Shown one piece after another: positions 20,938 through 31,900 of a stretch of DNA of 64,000 nt. This DNA comes from Cyanidioschyzon merolae (taxonomy: Eukaryota). The notes beneath the pieces are model-generated. The model was not told where the DNA came from. It did no database searches and saw only the letters and a program-made list of their open reading frames with translations. The position numbers and the translations under genes are program-made. The stretch lies in NCBI GenBank assembly GCA_000091205.1, contig AP006499.2. One strand, given 5' to 3'. Within the stretch, counting starts at the first letter, position 1. Each line of letters begins with the position of its first letter.

Positions 20938-22416
20938 ATGACGGATGGAGGCTGTGGGCTTGGCATTGCCTACCAGCAGGGTATACCTGGCAAAGTTTGG
21001 CGACAACAGGGTGCTGACGCTGCACTGGCCTGCGAGTTGGCTGCGGGTACCGTAGGCGTCCGAAGACGGACGCAACGTCGTCTCAACACGTACCGAGTCT
21101 TCCGTGCAACTCGCCGAAAAGCGCGCACAAGCTTTCATACGACAGGTACCAGCTCTGATTCGTCCGGGGGAACGCTCAAACCGAGCGTCTCTGCAACAGC
21201 GCTCGGTCCGATCCTCGGAAAGTGTGCGCTGCCTCAAAGCGCCCGCGTGCTCATAACTGGCGGCACTGGCTGCATCGGCAGCTACGTTATCGCGGAGTTA
21301 CTTCTCCACACGAATTACACGCTCGAGTTGATCGTTCGAGGTGGTGCACAGCGTTTCCTCTCCGTGTCTGATGAGCGTTTTCGGTTCAGTTTTCAACAGA
21401 GGCGCATACGCGTGCACGACGTCGACCTGGCAAGCGCTGCGGACCTGCAGAGCGAACGGATGCAGCAACTCGTCGGTACCTGTGATGCTCTTGTCCTCTG
21501 TGCGGCATCCTGGGGCGGGGATACCGCCAAAGCTGTGAATGTGGACGCCGTGCTCTCCCTGCTGCACGCTTCGAGTCGCCAGCACCGATGCCGCCATGTC
21601 GTCTATTTCGCTACAGCGTCAGTCGTTTCTCCGCAGGGCAAAGTGCTTCTGGAAGAAGCTTTACAATGGGGCACCGAATACATTCAGAGCAAGGCTATTG
21701 CAGTCATCAGACTCCTCGACACCTTGCAATGCATGGATAAACCGGTCCCGACCACGATTCTGTTCCCGACTCTGGTGCTTGGGCCCACGAGTCATCTGGG
21801 CACAGCGTTCCGTGCAAGCTCCCCAGCAGCATTACGTGATTCACCGTTGTATCGTGCAGGGAAGCATGTGCTTCGTTTCCTCAGTGTCGACTCCAGGGTG
21901 CGTGCACACTTTATCCATGCTGCGGACTGCGCCCAGATCGTACGACTGGTCCTCCAAGGAGCCTCGTCCACGACGCGTGCTCTGTCGATAGCGCATGACA
22001 CCGGCGGGAATGTTTTCAAGCCAGTCCAGCGAAATGGATACGCGCTTCCTCTTCAGTGTTTTGTGGTGGGCCAGGAACCACCCTTCTCCTTTGACGACGC
22101 TGTGCACGCTCTGTGTCGACTCTATGGACTCGTGATTCCCATGCGATGGCTACGCATTCCGGCTGATCCGCTGTTGTGGCTCATGGCTCATGGGTGGATA
22201 CCAGTCGATGCGTGGACGCGCTTCTGCTTGCGTCGACGTCGAGAGCTCTTCCTGTTCCCGCAGGCAGTTCGACCGGAGGATTTGGGCGGCACATCTGTCG
22301 CACCGGATCTGTATACAGCGTTACAGCGTTGCATGATTCCGTCGAGGGAGGCAGTGGGTTGGATGGAGCGCGATCCCGAAAAGCGCACCACGAGCCAAGT
22401 CATGCGTTTTGGGTGA
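20938..22416 (+). CDS. NAD(P)-binding Rossmann-fold epimerase/dehydratase-like (extended SDR / 3-beta-HSD family) protein
   Basis: VLITGGTGCIGSYV glycine-rich dinucleotide-binding motif followed by a YxxxK motif (YIQSK). The ORF-track start at 20731 overlaps repeat copy A and is preceded by low-complexity sequence. The ATG at 20938 (MTDGG) was chosen; the true start is uncertain. Confidence 0.55.
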   Translation: MTDGGCGLGIAYQQGIPGKVWRQQGADAALACELAAGTVGVRRRTQRRLNTYRVFRATRRKARTSFHTTGTSSDSSGGTLKPSVSATALGPILGKCALPQSARVLITGGTGCIGSYVIAELLLHTNYTLELIVRGGAQRFLSVSDERFRFSFQQRRIRVHDVDLASAADLQSERMQQLVGTCDALVLCAASWGGDTAKAVNVDAVLSLLHASSRQHRCRHVVYFATASVVSPQGKVLLEEALQWGTEYIQSKAIAVIRLLDTLQCMDKPVPTTILFPTLVLGPTSHLGTAFRASSPAALRDSPLYRAGKHVLRFLSVDSRVRAHFIHAADCAQIVRLVLQGASSTTRALSIAHDTGGNVFKPVQRNGYALPLQCFVVGQEPPFSFDDAVHALCRLYGLVIPMRWLRIPADPLLWLMAHGWIPVDAWTRFCLRRRRELFLFPQAVRPEDLGGTSVAPDLYTALQRCMIPSREAVGWMERDPEKRTTSQVMRFG

Positions 22417-22820
22417 CGGCGAGCCGCGTACCCGAACGTGAATGCCGGAGCGCTGCCGCCTACCAGTCCTTGTCGCTAAAGTGTCCGCGCTGGCGACTCA
22501 GGAGTGCCCCGTTTCGTTCACACTTTCCCTGGAAATCCCATACATTCCCCAAGGAGACGCTACGACCTGCATGGGGAAATCTATGCATCAGGCAACCTCA
22601 TGCAACACGATAAGGGAGTCGGGAAAGCGGTTGCCAGCTTTCGGGAAGCGACCTGCTATGCAATATATTGATGTATGCCGGGATTTACGCAGTCCAGCGT
22701 CCATGACCGCATCCATGGAGCTCCGTGCCGCACACGTAGCGTTCACGCTCCTTTGAGTTGGCGGCAATCATGGACTGCTCTGGGCTCGCCACAAGTACTT
22801 TTGTGAGCTCGGGTCGCCTG

Positions 22821-24293
22821 TCAGGTGAAGAGCACCCAAACGCGCAGGCGCCCGTCGTCACCCGTGGAAGCGAGCAGGTAACTGCGCTGCAGCGTTTCCG
22901 TACTCATATCCTGGAAGCGCTTTCCCAGGTGAATGCTCCAGTCGCCGCAAGCATCGCGCCTTTTCTGAAACTGCACGTAATTGACCTCGGCACCGCTGTG
23001 TGCAGCTGGTATATCCAATAGAATGCGGAGCTCTGTCGCCTCGTACACCCGGATGTGCCCGTCAGCACAGGCAGTAGCTAAAAGTCTTCCATCATGGGAC
23101 CAGTCTACGCAGTACACTGATTCATCCTCTTCGTCGGCGAATCCAGCGTCGCCTGCGTTCACGCGGACTTGCTTAATGACCAACCATCGCTGTTTGCCGC
23201 TCATTACGGACGATACCAACGGAGGATCCAGGTTTCTAGGAGTCGAGCTGTCCACCTGCGTAGCTTCCGCGAACCTGGCATGCTCTTCTGGATCTTTCTC
23301 GATCGGTGCTGAGGCTAACGCGTCCCTAGTCGAGCTCAAGTCAAGTGACCAGGACCCTGATTCTCGACGCGCACTGGACGGTGCTTCCGCCATGACGCCT
23401 TCGTCTGTTGGTTGGGGCGTCCCTGCACCGACACCTTTCTCGCTGTGGGGTTGCGTTGGCGTCCGCACGGATACAGTGTCCTCAACAAGCGCATCATGGC
23501 GGATGGTTTCGGGCCTTGTACCGTCCTCGCATCGTTGCCACAGGAGCAGACGACCATCGGCACCAGCGCTCGCCAACAGGTGCTCGTAACCCGCATCGGC
23601 TGTTGGTGCAAATGCCACCGACCAAACCGTTGACTCGTGGCCCGAAAGTACCGCGCAGCAGTACCATTCACCATCGTAGACGTCCTCGCACCACAAACGA
23701 ATCGTGTTGTCATAGCTTGCCGAGGCGATCAGTTCAGTGCGCGGGTGCCAGACGAGGCTCTTCACGTCCTGTGTATGCCCGGCGAGCACCGCCACACACT
23801 CAAAGTCTAGGTCGCTGAAGGCACCAGGGCCGCACTCCCATATCCAAACCGTTTTATCGCGTGCACAAGTCGCTAGCAAAGTTCCAGAAGCGTTGAACAC
23901 CGCCGCCTTGACTTCGGACTCGTGGCCCTCGAGCGTGGCAACCAGTTCCAGCCGCAGGTACGCTGCCAGCACTGCGTTCGCGGGTTCGCGCTCCAAGCTC
24001 AGACCGTTCCCGCCTGACACACCCTCCACTAACCGATAAACTCGAACTTTACTGTCGAAACACGCCAGCGCTAGCTGCAAACCGCAGGGAGACCAGTCTA
24101 TGCGTCGAACCGAGCGGGCAAACGTGTCGCCCCCTAGACCACCCAACAGGAGACCCGTTCGAGCGTCCCAGATCCTCACGGCTTTGTCGGTGCCACATGT
24201 CGCGATGAGTTGGCCATTGGGGCTCCAGGTGGCACACCATAGCGTTTCGTGCTCCCTCTGAACATCAACTCGAAGCCACTCCCGCCACTGCAT
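22821..24293 (-). CDS. CIAO1: WD40-repeat protein, CIAO1-like (cytosolic Fe-S cluster assembly)
   Basis: ATG verified (cat at 24291-24293). Seven WD repeats with CIAO1-like blocks: CATWSPNGQLIATCGTDKAVRIWD, LEGHESEVKAAVFNASGTLLATCARDKTVWIWE, VLAGHTQDVKSLVWHPRTELIASASYDNTIRLW and VLSGHESTVWSVAF. It is longer than typical CIAO1 because of an acidic or Ser-rich insertion. Confidence 0.75.
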   Translation of the reverse strand: MQWREWLRVDVQREHETLWCATWSPNGQLIATCGTDKAVRIWDARTGLLLGGLGGDTFARSVRRIDWSPCGLQLALACFDSKVRVYRLVEGVSGGNGLSLEREPANAVLAAYLRLELVATLEGHESEVKAAVFNASGTLLATCARDKTVWIWECGPGAFSDLDFECVAVLAGHTQDVKSLVWHPRTELIASASYDNTIRLWCEDVYDGEWYCCAVLSGHESTVWSVAFAPTADAGYEHLLASAGADGRLLLWQRCEDGTRPETIRHDALVEDTVSVRTPTQPHSEKGVGAGTPQPTDEGVMAEAPSSARRESGSWSLDLSSTRDALASAPIEKDPEEHARFAEATQVDSSTPRNLDPPLVSSVMSGKQRWLVIKQVRVNAGDAGFADEEDESVYCVDWSHDGRLLATACADGHIRVYEATELRILLDIPAAHSGAEVNYVQFQKRRDACGDWSIHLGKRFQDMSTETLQRSYLLASTGDDGRLRVWVLFT

Positions 24294-24438
24294 GGAAGCG
24301 AAGGCCGGAGTTGCGACTGCGGACGCCGCAATGCCGGCACTGGTGCTGACGCGTTCTACGCATAGCGGTTTCGTGTTACTCTCAAGCTGCGTTGAGAATG
24401 CAAAGAGGTTGTACTTTTGGGGCGTTCTTTGCGGGGAT

Positions 24439-25371
24439 ATGGTTGTTTCAGGTCATAATGAGGATGCAAAGCTTATAGACTTTGCAACTGGCGGCGTAGC
24501 AGGCTTTCTGGCGGACCTGGTCACGTACCCTTTTGATCGACTGCGCACCATCTTCATCGTTTCCTCTAGGCATACAAACAATTGGGATACTTTTATTCAA
24601 GCGGGCGGGTTTAGAACCCTCTACCAGGGTTTCTCAACTGTTGCACTGTTCACGCTTCCGGTTCATGGGGTTTACTTCGGGCTATACGAGTGGACGCTGC
24701 GCAGGTTTCGAGGAAGTGAGCAGCGTTCCGGCGCCGCCGACACGCTAGCCGTACCTGTCGCTGGACTCGTCGCCGAACTGGGCACCGCACCTATCTGGAA
24801 CGTGCAAGAGGTCATCAAGCAGCGCATTCAAGCCCAGTCGTTGCAGAGACTTGTGCCAGGAAACGGCACCTTTCAGTCGCCATGGCAGATGTTTCGCCAC
24901 ATTGTGCAGCAGGAAGGCCCGAGGGGTCTCTTTAGGGGCTTTTCCGCCGGCCTGCTTGTCTACGCTCCCTTTGCCTGCGTATATTTTTGGATTTTTGAGC
25001 ACGGACGAGAGCGTGGACGTGCGCCGCTCGTCAACGGAGTGTTATCGGGAACCTGTGCAACAATTGTTACACATCCGCTAGAGGTACTTCGTACGCATAT
25101 GGTTGTGAGCAAGTATCCGCGATCAGCGTGGTCGGTAGCTCTCGACATTCATCGCAGATATGGGATTCGCGGCTTCTTGAAGGGTCTGGGTGCGCGTACG
25201 CTCTGGCTGGCACCCTCGGCAGCGCTTAGCCTCGCATTTTACCAGCACCTGCAAGAAGTTTGGAAGGGTAACCCCCGTCCCATGCTTAGTCGTGCGATTT
25301 CTGAGCCAAAACTGCCCGGCTGTGAAAATGCTAGAATACGCCGGGGGCTCTCGTCGAATCGGAACGGCTGA
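24439..25371 (+). CDS. mitochondrial carrier family (SLC25) protein
   Basis: Threefold repeat structure with the carrier signatures PFDRLRT and PLEVLRTHMVV, six hydrophobic helices, and a length of about 310 aa from the ATG at 24439. The ORF-track start at 24292 would overlap the CIAO1 start codon. Confidence 0.8.
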   Translation: MVVSGHNEDAKLIDFATGGVAGFLADLVTYPFDRLRTIFIVSSRHTNNWDTFIQAGGFRTLYQGFSTVALFTLPVHGVYFGLYEWTLRRFRGSEQRSGAADTLAVPVAGLVAELGTAPIWNVQEVIKQRIQAQSLQRLVPGNGTFQSPWQMFRHIVQQEGPRGLFRGFSAGLLVYAPFACVYFWIFEHGRERGRAPLVNGVLSGTCATIVTHPLEVLRTHMVVSKYPRSAWSVALDIHRRYGIRGFLKGLGARTLWLAPSAALSLAFYQHLQEVWKGNPRPMLSRAISEPKLPGCENARIRRGLSSNRNG

Positions 25372-27061
25372 GGATGCAGAGATGCAGCTGTTGGAAATGG
25401 CGGAGCACGAGAGCGCAACGCACCATCGAGCACATATCGTCGTTTCGGACCATGTGTATCCAGCATGCGATAGCTTCGCATACAATAGGATAGAGAGCCT
25501 TAAAGCTTCGATGATACGCACACCATGTGCGTAGAATCTTGCGACTCAATCACGTTTCATCCCCGGGGCGGTGTTGAGCGAGAGATCGAAATCACGATGC
25601 AATGAGGTGTATTGATCAAGGACGAAGTGCCTGTGGGATATATTTTCTTTACTGAGCAGTGCAAGGAGCAATGCATTCCTCCTTCAGCGCAGCTATAGGA
25701 CAGTGTTCAGATAATTAAGGAACAGTGAAAGAAAGAAGCATAGGCGCGGTGTGCCATAAACCGAGATTCTCAGAGCGTTCTTTCGGTCCATCGTAAAAAA
25801 CGACCTGCTGATCATCTTCCGATAAGCAAAAGCGTCGATCGTAGCCACAAAAGGCATCCCTGCTTCTCAAAGATTGTTCATGTGGTCCTGAAAATACTCG
25901 GATACAGTTGCAAAAAAAGTGCGATTTCAATCACGGTAACCGTCTACCGAAATCGCAACGAATGCGTTCCTGGAACGTCATAATCGGTAAGAAGTAAAAG
26001 GACGTTGGTTTGTTTCTTCAGTCGATTCGACTTGCTTCGGACGATATGGTCGGAGCGTATATGGGTGTTCGCGGAGCAGGGAGCCCGGTGTACGTACAAT
26101 CGAACTCGAAAAAGGGACGACATCATCTATGCTAACTGCAGTGGACTCATTTGGCGGTCTCAGTTTCGCTGACAGACAACGCTCATAGAACAGCACCGAC
26201 AGCTTTGTCGAATCACTTAAGACTTTTCTCCTGACGCATGGCGATGTCCTTCAGTTGGACGACGTAGCATTTCACCATTCCCCTTGCGTTCGAGCTTTTG
26301 CCGAATCTATTCGGGTAGAGCTGCTTCTCATACCAGTGTACGCTCCGTGGCTCCAACCGATCGAGGAAGCGCTTTCTTTCCTAAGACGTAATGATCGCTC
26401 CACTTGGGGACTCGCTGAAGCGTTCAGCACACGGTGACACTCTGGGGAAAATGTTATCTTTCTTCCGCAATATCTTCTCCCTCCGAAATGGTCCTCATCT
26501 AAGTGCAAAATCCAATCCGTTCATTTGAAGAAATAAAAAAATCCAAGGGAAAGATATAGACGCGAGAGGCGAGCATCCTGGAGACCCAGTGTCTCCGGAT
26601 GCCCGAACGAAACGGAAAAAGCTCTTACTCTTGCCAATCATCGAGCGAAGAAGAGCAAGTGACGAAGAAGAGGATGGGAAAGAAAATACGTTTGCCCGAC
26701 GGAACGATGACGACACTGTGGTGCCACAGAGGACACGACTTCTAGCAATCCTTGCACTGATGAGTTCCACCAAATGCACTGAACGCATGGAAATCGTGAG
26801 TCGAGTCTTCAACCCCGCCATCAATTTCAGACGATTTGCGGTGCTCAGGACGAGACCCGATGCACTGACGCAGCCTAACTCATGGGCCAGCCTCTCAAGC
26901 TCGAAGCGTGCCTCGATGAACTGACGCCGATAACAAGGGGCCCGTCAACAAAGCCGAGAGGCGTCAGCGCGTCGGCGTATGTATGCATACATTCTGTGGT
27001 CGTAGAACGTTTTCGTTTCATTGCGCGTTCGTCAGCGCCTCCGAGCACAGCACCACTCGTT

Positions 27062-27493
27062 TTATGTTTCTGAATCTTCAGCTTGCTTGGTGGTGCTCCT
27101 TACTGGACTCGGGCTTGAGGTTCTTCCCGGGGCTTTAAGCAGCCTCTCACACGCTTGGTAGACTTCGCTAGGCACTTTGGTTCGTAAAGCGCCACCAAGT
27201 CGCTTTCGGTTGCGTACGTAGCTAAAGCATTCCAGTGAGTCCCGACAAATGTATGCGGATCGACCGTGAACTCGCCGTGAAGCCTCATTCTCTAAAGCTT
27301 CGGCAAAAACCCGGATGCCGGTGCCATCAGCTGCGCGGCAAACTCGGATAAACGCTGGCTTTGGGCGAGACCGGCGACACGCAACGCACACTCGTTGGTG
27401 CGGCTGTTTTCCACGCTTGCTTTCGGTATTGTTGACATCGCCTGGAGTTCCACTTTGTGCAAACACCGTAATAAAGGCTGATTGTGCCAGCAT
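27062..27493 (-). CDS. YlxR/DUF448-like small protein, possibly organelle-targeted
   Basis: The block RVCVACRRSRPKPAFIRVCRAADGTGIRVF...GRSAYICRDSLECFSYVRNRKRLGGALRTKV matches the bacterial YlxR (DUF448) consensus R-x-C-x-GC-R...ELIR...D-x-GRGAY-x-C-x3-C...KK-x-L-x-RAL. The ORF-track start is a TTG; the first ATG is MLAQ (cat at 27491-27493). It lies next to repeat copy E. Confidence is modest. Confidence 0.4.
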   Translation of the reverse strand: MLAQSAFITVFAQSGTPGDVNNTESKRGKQPHQRVCVACRRSRPKPAFIRVCRAADGTGIRVFAEALENEASRRVHGRSAYICRDSLECFSYVRNRKRLGGALRTKVPSEVYQACERLLKAPGRTSSPSPVRSTTKQAEDSET

Positions 27494-27699
27494 TGCAGCT
27501 ATGACTCTCACGCTCGTGGGCAAAGACAACCCCCGTCCACTGGGTGGTGCTTCTGGCACTGCGGCGAACCGGATGGGCGACGTCGGGCAACGTGTGCTCA
27601 ATTCCCCTGTCGGATTCAAATGGAACCCTGAACTGCGCACTCTGTTCTTTTTCAATTTTTTCTTCGGGACTCGTTTACTTATGCAGCAGCGACATTCGA

Positions 27700-28450
27700 A
27701 GTGCGACGAGAAGGGTTTACGGATTCATACCGAGTTTTAGGTTTCTTGATGGTCTATCCGGAACGGGTCTATCGACTGCCTGCCGCTGAATTTCGTCAAG
27801 TCGCCGTAATCAAGATGATTCGCGAAGTTGTAAAACAAGAGCTCGTAAAATAATTTGTATGAATATTCAATAGACATGTACACAACTCCAATCTTCTCAG
27901 TTCCTTATGTGATGCATGCTCAAATCATGCGTGCTTCTAATTTTCGTTGTTTCTGTTCCAAAGCAACTCGTGTGCGAGGCGGTGCGCGCCGCAGGATTTG
28001 CAAGGAAACAAACTCGACTGCGTCCTGTGACAGCTTTGCACAAGCTCTTTCTGATTTTTCATCGAACATCTCAGACCGGTTAGTCGATTCCATTTGAAAG
28101 ACCAATCCTCCTCGCCTGTTGGAAAGCGATGAAACTGGATTCGGCAGCAGCATGATACCGGTCCCGCGGTACGCTCCCGGAGGCTCCCGCCTTCAGTTTC
28201 AATGGAAAGGGGTTAAGTGCTCGGACTTCAAACATCACGTGGATCGCTTTGGATAAAGGCAGCGTCACAGTTTCCCACGAGGGGTGCCTGGAAGGATCCA
28301 AGTCTCTCGACTTGGTCTCCAGCCTAAGTTTTCATTCCCTTACTCGTACAGTCATGGAAAATATCGTCTTCGAAACAACATACGCTATCGAATGAGACAG
28401 CGAGCGCTTAAGCGAGCAGCGGGCATCGTCATCTACGAGTCGCCGCCCAG
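27700..28450 (-). repeat. dispersed ~1-kb non-coding repeat family, copy E (inverted relative to A and B; right boundary approximate)
   Basis: 27740-27960 aligns with 52870-53100 (gacatttttgcccatggaattcttcgcgtcaccggaatccatgtgatttgc versus gaatttcgtcaagtcgccgtaatcaagatgattcgc; ctcaattccttacgtagagcacgctcaaatcccatatgcttc versus ctcagttccttatgtgatgcatgctcaaatcatgcgtgcttc). 28030-28110 aligns with 53200-53280 (ttcatgaacatttcagatcgaggagtcgattgctctcgaaagg versus ttcatcgaacatctcagaccggttagtcgattccatttgaaag). Similarity decays beyond about 28300. Confidence 0.6.
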
Positions 28451-28990
28451 AAGAATCCTAAAATCGCAGGGTACGGAATCCCGCACGGAAACGGAGGAGG
28501 GCATGGTGCGTAGGCTTCCGCAGCCCCCAGTGGCATGCACCGAGCGAGAATGCTTGCTCACGCTGCCATCAACACCCTTCGATAGCTGACAATAGAGCAG
28601 GAGCGAAAGGAGAGACCCACGAAATTAACGCTGTACATGAGAGGGAGGAATAGGAAGCATTTACAGAAAGCGCTCGCAAAGACTGGCGTTGATGACACTC
28701 GATGGAAACGAAAATATTTGCGTCCACGCCCGTGATTGAGGACCTTTCCATTTCACGCTGATATCGGTGTACCAACACTGCGGCTGGGGGCCGGGTCCGT
28801 ACTCGCAGCTGCACGTCGGCGCCGCATCGAGGCATCCACATAAGAGAATTCCCTTAACGGAAAAAGGGAAATTCACCGCAATGCGCGCGCCTCTGGAGCG
28901 TTTCGTACCAGTGGCTGTTCAAGCTGCTGTTAGTGGTCAGGCCGGTATAGGGGCGTCGCTATGCCTTAAACCGACGTGGAAGCTGCGCGG

Positions 28991-31900
28991 ATGGTCGACC
29001 CTATAAGACGTTGTCATTTGCAGCTCACAGTATCTTTATTTTATGTGACTGCAGGGGCTAGAGTGGGTGTCCTGCGCCAGCTCCGAGGAGCTGCTTGGTC
29101 TTCGTGGCGGCACTCGAGGACACACGGGCGAGCGGAGCAAACAATCCACGCTAAGCGCCCAGCACCGTCTACTCGAGTGTTGCGGGTGCGCCAGAAAGAC
29201 AAACGTTCGGTGTCACGAAGCGCAAGATGGCTCATCGCTAACGCGTCCGCGGAAGCTGGTTTCTGCGCAGCGCTCTGGGTGGCGTACCGTCAACTGCAGC
29301 GCAGCCGCAAACATGCGCAGTTGACGGCGGCCCGATGGCTATGGAAACGTCGCCTACGTCTTGTACCTGCTGCGTTTCCGACGTTGAATAGGCCTGGTCG
29401 TCCGGAAAGCAACCCTACACTAACAGGACATGAAGAAGAAGAAGAAGCTTGCCAGTTGGATTCAGTCCCTGACAACTCACACCGACCGCGTTCCGGTGAT
29501 GCAAGGGTACAGCATGGCTCTCTCTTCCAAACCGCAAAAGAATATGTCACTTTGGCGTTCTTGCTCGCCATTGTCAGCCCCCCTTCTGTAGAGGCAATTG
29601 GGCTTGTGCCAGCCAACGCACCTGATTGCATGCCAATGGTACCAATTGCATTTGCGGAAGGCGGTGAGTTGACCCATCGGTCGATATACCCAGATACAGT
29701 GCTTGAGTTGAATCCACCGTGGCAACAGCAGCGATACAGGCGCTGGTATGAGACCGATAGGGTCTTGCTTGAGGAGGCGCGGCGAATGCATGATCGCGAT
29801 GCAGCTGAAGCGGAGGCCATTCAGGCAATGCTCGAGCATGACGTCTGGATACCGAACGAATCGAACGCATATTCAGAGGATTCCAACACGTATTCAGGCT
29901 CTGGCGGGCAGTCACCTGCCCTAGTTGCTGCGCATATTGCCAAAGATGAAAATTCTGCACAACCCGAAAGCCGCGATGTATTCTATTGGCGTCGTCTGGG
30001 TGTCGGCGCTTTTGTGGGCACTTTTCTATGGTGGAGTCACATTATGAATGTTCGGAACTCGAACCGGGTGCGTTTGCCCAGCACCTACGACCCAGGCGCT
30101 ATCGCACAGTACTTCGCACTGAGACCTGAGCAGGTCGCCCTGCGAACAGTCTCTATTATTTCCGAAGCGATATGGTATATTGCTGGTATTCAAAGAGATC
30201 AGTTGGAGTATCGGATCTTCGGCATGAAGCAACACCCAGGCGGCGAGTCGGGGCAGCGCGCGGCCGGCGCTGACGCCCCAGAGACAATAGCGACACCATC
30301 GCTGGCAAATGCGACGCTTTCTCCTGGTGAGCCTGGTATGGCATCCTGGACGAAGGCGTTTCGTCGGCGGCTTGTGCAGATTCCAGAAACACTCATCTCC
30401 TCGCTGCGAAAGGATGAGACGTTTTGGGTTTGGCGTCGCCAGCGGCGAGCCGTGCTACTGCGGCAAACACTCGAACGTCTAGGTCCGGCGTTTGTGAAGC
30501 TGGGCCAAGCGCTCGCGACTCGCCCGGATATTGTCGGTGAAGCAGCTGCCCGCGAACTGCAGCGCCTACAAGATGATCTACCTCACTTTCCGAACGAGGA
30601 GGCGTTCCGCTTCATCCGGGCTGAATTGGGAGCTCCTCCAAACCGGGTCTTTGACTGGATCAGTGATAGCCCAGTAGCGTCGGCAAGCTTGGGTCAAGTG
30701 TACAAAGCACGACTCGATGGAGTCGAACTTGCCGTGAAAGTACAGCGACCGGGCATCGTAGAACGAATCGCCCTGGATATCCACGTCGTCCGTCTGCTGG
30801 GGCAATTATACATGCGCAGTCCCTGGGCGCCGCGTACGAATCTTGTTGAAGCAATAGATGAGTATGCCAGTAGGCTCTTTGAGGAGCTGGACTACGATCA
30901 CGAAGCGAAGAACATGCATCGCTTCCGTCAACTATATGGCTCTTTGCCCGGTATTTACGTGCCGGAGGTTTATCCAGAGTACTCCTCGGCGCATGTGCTC
31001 ACCATGGAGTGGGTCAATGGTCGACGCCTGATCGACGACACGGCAACGGTGCGTCGAGAGGATATTCCGCTAATCAAGCTAGGCATTCTCTGCTCGTTGA
31101 TGCAGCTGATGGAGGCTGGCTTTCTGCACGCTGACCCACACACAGGGAACTTGCTCGTTACCGAGGATGGAACGCGCTTGGCTTACCTTGACTATGGCCT
31201 CATGAGTGAAGTACCGCAATCGGTGCAGCTCTCGATAATTTGTGCGGTTGTACACCTTATTAATCGCGAGTACGAACAATTAGCAACGGACTTTTTCGGT
31301 CTGACACTCATGCGTCGAGACGATCTAGACACGGTGCTTCCAGAATTTGCAGATGCTCTTCGTGAAACCTTTGAAAGCGAGGCGAACGCGACGAATCCCG
31401 GTGATTTCACGCTGCAAGGCGTTGCCGAAAAGCTTCTGCGAATGACTGTTCGCTTTCCGTTTGTGATGCCACCTTACTTTTTGAATAACTTGCGCGCCTT
31501 GGCCATCCTCGAGGGTTTGGCGCTCAACGCTGACCCCTGCTTCCGCATTATGGACATTATCTATCCGTACGTGGTTCGCCGCCTCCTGACGGACTCGTCA
31601 CCGCAACTGCAGCGAGCACTGCATGAGCTCGTTTTGACGCCCTTTGGCGAGCCTCGCTGGGATCGCGTCGAGAAGCTCCTCGAGGATGCCGCACGAACTG
31701 TGCCAAACATGGGACTTGTGTCACTGGACCCGCGTCCGGTTGCCGTGCTCGAGTTGGCAGCTCGAGAGGCTGCGGAAGCAGCCCGCTCGCGACTGAACGG
31801 TACTGTAGAAGGCCAAATGCGTGCAACCACCAGCGCATACTTTCGACTGTCGTCACCAGAGTTGGTACTCGGAAGCGGCGCGCCTCGCTCGAGTTCTCCG

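Noticed and set aside
22981-23818. Plus-strand ORFs of 136-202 codons antisense to the CIAO1-like gene
   Set aside because: The WD40 repeats are clearly on the minus strand. The antisense ORFs lack motifs.
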